From positions 23,622,001 to 23,686,000 of the forward strand of contig OZ287761.1 in assembly GCA_965649765.1 (NCBI GenBank): a stretch of 64,000 bases of DNA, written 5' to 3'. The notes under the pieces were generated by a model. That model was not told the DNA's origin. It made no database searches and saw only the letters and a program-made list of their open reading frames with translations. The position numbers and the translations under genes were made by a program. The DNA comes from Bispira polyomma (taxonomy: Eukaryota). Shown here piece by piece: positions 60,384-64,000 of this stretch (positions within the stretch are counted from its first letter, which is position 1; each line of letters begins with the position of its first letter).

Positions 60384-61192
60384 GAAATAATTGTAAAATG
60401 TCGCATGATTAACATGTGTGGTGGGTCTATGGGGTGAACCTCCCCTAGGGGATACTCCCCCTATGAGAACATGTTAAATCTCAACTTCGAGGATTGCTCT
60501 AAAACCTATCAATTATTGTTTGGGCATCCAGGTGCAGCCTAAAACCACTTTAGTTTGACCTAGTTTAGCTACTTAAGATATGACTAGCCTAAAACGGCTA
60601 AAATGAGCTGTTTTTAAAGGTAAATCAATTAGAACATTCACCTGGTGGCAGTTATTTTAATCCAAACTGTCCTAAAATATTCTCCCCAGCCTAGTAAATT
60701 AGAAATAATTGTAAAATGTCGTCGGATTAACATGTGTGGTGGGTCTATGGGGTGAACCCCCCTAGGCGGTACTCCCCCTATGAGAACATGTTAAATCTCA
60801 ACTTCGAGGATTGCTCTAAAACCTATCAATTATTGTTTGGGCATCCAGGTGCAGCCTAAAACCACTTTAGTTTGACCTAGTTTAGCTACTTAAGGTAGTT
60901 TTTTAGCCAAAAACGGCTAAAATGAGCTGTTTTTAAAATAAATCAATTAGAACATTCACCTGGTGGCAGTTATTTTAACCAAAACTGTCCTAAAATATTC
61001 TCCCCAGCCTAGTAAATTAGAAATAATTGTAAAATGTCGTCGGATTAACATGTGTGGTGGGTCTATGGGGTGAACCCCCCTAGGAGGTACTCCCCCTATG
61101 AGAACATGTTCAATCTCAACTTCGAGGATTGCTCTAAAACCTATCAATTATTGTTTGGGCATCCAGGTGCAGCCTAAAACCACTTTAGTTTG
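60384..61192. repeat. 318-bp tandem repeat, about 2.5 near-identical copies
   Basis: gaaataattgtaaaatgtcg at 60384, 60702, 61020. Confidence 0.92.
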
Positions 61193-61194
61193 AA

Positions 61195-61990
61195 GGTCTG
61201 TACTAAAAATATTTATTTCAGAAAATTCGAAAGGAAACCATTTTGTACTACACAGACAACACCTGCCATTCCATGTGCAGCCCCTTTTTAACCAGAAAAA
61301 AGGCAGCAAGTTGTATTATAATTGTATGATTCAAGATGAAAGGAAAGCGCCTACAAAGTGCGAGTTAAAATGGGAAGGGAAAATGACTCTGTAATAAATG
61401 ACGAAATGTGGCATTCAATTTATAAAATTTGCTTTAAAACAATTCGAGATAATTCTGTTATATGGTTCCAATACAAAATTTTGTATAATATACTTGGAAC
61501 ACGTGATTACCTTTTTAAAATCAAGATTGAAGATATCAATAGCTGTCGTCTCTGTGGTCAAGATGTAGAAACTACTAAACATCTTTTGTCTGAGTGTAAG
61601 TTGACACAAGAATTATGGAATAATGTTAAAATCTGGAAAGAAAATAAATTAAAATTTGAAATACACATTTGTGATATAACTAAAATTTTTGGATTTGTTA
61701 TACAGGACCAAAATTATAAGCCATTGAATTTTATACTGGTTTTAACGAGAAAATATATCTCCTGGTGTGGAGACAAGAAAGTCCCTTTAAATTTTTACTA
61801 TCTTGAAGAAGTAATAAAAAATAAATATTTAGAGCAAGAATACTTGGCTAAAATAAATTCGAATTATGATAATTTTAGAAAGGTATGGGCGAGATGGAAT
61901 AACCTATTCCCGAAAATATAAAAATCTTAACTTAAATACTGATGTCCGCTCTGTGTTTATCCTATTTAAGGTCCAACGGGTTGTTAAAGC
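61195..61990 (+). mobile_element. L1/Tx1-clade LINE 3' fragment (zf-RVT domain)
   Basis: WFQYKILYNILGTRDYLFKIKI...CRLCGQDVETTKHLLSECK...W. Confidence 0.85.
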
Positions 61991-62344
61991 TATTTTGTAT
62001 ACTTAAAAATTAAAAAATATCTAGTTATCATATGGAGTCAAATTGAACCACCACAGTTTGGTATGGCAATGTTATTATTTTTCTTTGTGTAAATGTACAA
62101 ATATATATAGAATTTGAAAAATCTGCCATTAAAGAAGTTTTTTGGGTTTTTTTTTTTTTGTGAGAGGTACAAATAGCATGGATATCTCTGCTGTCGGGGG
62201 TACGGTTGGTGCCAAAACATATGCATTAGCATTGGGGGACCCGAGTGCTACCTAAAACCACTTTAGTTTTAGGCTATTTAAGGTATACCTTTACCAAAAA
62301 AAAGGTTCAAATGGGCAGTTTTTAAAGGTAATTCCATCAACCAT

Positions 62345-62550
62345 ATGGGAAACACACATCAATCAGCCCACAGAAAATTACATTCAACTGAAACAGCACT
62401 GCTGAAATTTAGCACCGACATTAATATGGTCTTGGATAAAAATTGTGTAGTTGCCCTAACCCTTCTTGACTTGTCTGCTATACTCTCTGAATGTCTCAAT
62501 TCTTGCTTTGACCTATCAGACTCTGTTCTTCAATGGATTGAATGTACAAT
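62345..62550 (+). mobile_element. LINE RT fragment
   Basis: HQSAHRKLHSTETALLK...LTLLDLSA. Confidence 0.8.
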
Positions 62551-64000
62551 GAGTAGAAAAGGGGCGAAAGGGTAGAACCCTGTCGGACACCAAATGAGAG
62601 ATCAAAAGTAGATGACTTGGCTCCTCTGATCCTGATGATTTGATCCTGATGATTTGATTGTAATCATTGTGTCACAACCTTTTAATGCAAATATAATGTC
62701 TCTAAAATGTGATGATATTGCTTATGGTACTGTTGTATCAAAACAATGCTTGTAAATGTGATGTCTCTAATATGTTATGATGTTTTGACAACACAAGCAT
62801 TTTGTCCACCCACCCCAAAAATTGCCCGGCAATTCATCCATCTATGCAAATGTGACGCCACCTCTCAGTGACCTAATTGTACTAGTTCCTGTACTGCTAT
62901 GCCACTGGGATGTCACTAACTTGGGCACTGTTGAATATTTACCACTTGACCCACTGAGACATAGTCAACTTGTCAAACCTACTAAAAGTTGGAAGTGGAG
63001 TTGGAAGTGGAATGGAACTGGAAGTAACACACCCCGGCACCTCTTTACTGTACCTCTGTCCTCTGATTGGTCGATTAATGTTTGAATTAGGGGTTTTGCC
63101 AATTGTGATTGGTGGAAATAGAAACATATTAAAATAAACATTTTATCCAGTATTTCGGAGTAATTATACAGACTATTTATACATAGTAAACATTTAAAAC
63201 ATACACAATATATACATTTTAAAGTACACATTAAAACATAATACATTCTAAACATGGAGTATATAGAACGTGTTAAAATAAATAGTGTATGTAATATTTA
63301 GATTCATAATTAAAGAAATGGTTTTCAGCCTTTGAATTTGTAATCAACTATTAATAAACTAACAGAGGGATTAATGCAGTGGTCAAACTAAGAGAGAGAT
63401 TAATAGGTACAAGGGTGTTTGTAATCAACAATTAATTAAAAATCAAAGCAATGGTTTCCAGTTAACAATCATTAACAAAGAGAGAGATATTGTTATAGCA
63501 AATACCCTTAAATTCATTGAGTACAACCGTGTGTATGTCTACTTTGGACAGAGGGCTGTGAACTCTGGTTCAGTCAAGTATTAGTTACACTAGGCTAAGG
63601 CTTATTTTATGTGTAGTATGGTAAACCAATGTTCAAACAGTGTATTAATACTATGTGTAAATGTACCCAACTATGGCTTCGGTGATAGACTATCAGGTGA
63701 TGGGCTCAGCATGGTGGCTGGTAAAGCAATGTAGAAGGGTCATGCTTAATGAAGGTTGTCATATGATGTGTTGGCACAATTCCTGCAGAAAGTCCAAGAG
63801 TTCAAGGTCAGTCAACACATCAAAAACAACAGCAAGATGCGAAGCATCTAAGTTTTATTATTATCATGACATATATGTAAACAATGTTGTTTCACTAAAA
63901 TGATAATAATATTGTTCTATTCTACCTACATAACAGGCACCCAATTGCACTAATTTTTTAAGCACAGACATTGACAATTGGGTGCATAGAACCACAGAAT

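Overview
AT-rich, repeat-dense animal genomic DNA with GT-AG introns and GC-richer exons. The repeat content suggests a lophotrochozoan, probably a mollusc (inference). Two spliced + strand genes could be assembled by hand with consistent intron phases. (1) The 3' part (18 exons, 395-24371, about 1150 codons in window, 5' end outside) of a single-pass surface receptor with the architecture CUB-CUB-LamG/pentraxin-like-EGF-like-6xIg-TM. It has a furin-type RRRR|Q loop inserted in the last CUB and a short non-catalytic tail with six Tyr (YQNPNY, PPTY). (2) A 7-coding-exon MET/RON-like receptor tyrosine kinase (41770-48984, 473 aa) with an intact kinase and a MET-type YxN docking tail, but only a ~50-aa ectodomain and no signal peptide. 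The pairing of an ectodomain-only receptor with a kinase-only receptor, 17 kb apart on the same strand, is the leading candidate for an undescribed split-receptor system (hypothesis). A second recurring signal is tandem duplication seeded exactly at splice sites and at the stop codon of both genes. The remainder is tRNA-derived SINEs, MITEs, LINE fragments, a DIRS/Ngaro-gag plus gypsy-integrase relic, and satellites.
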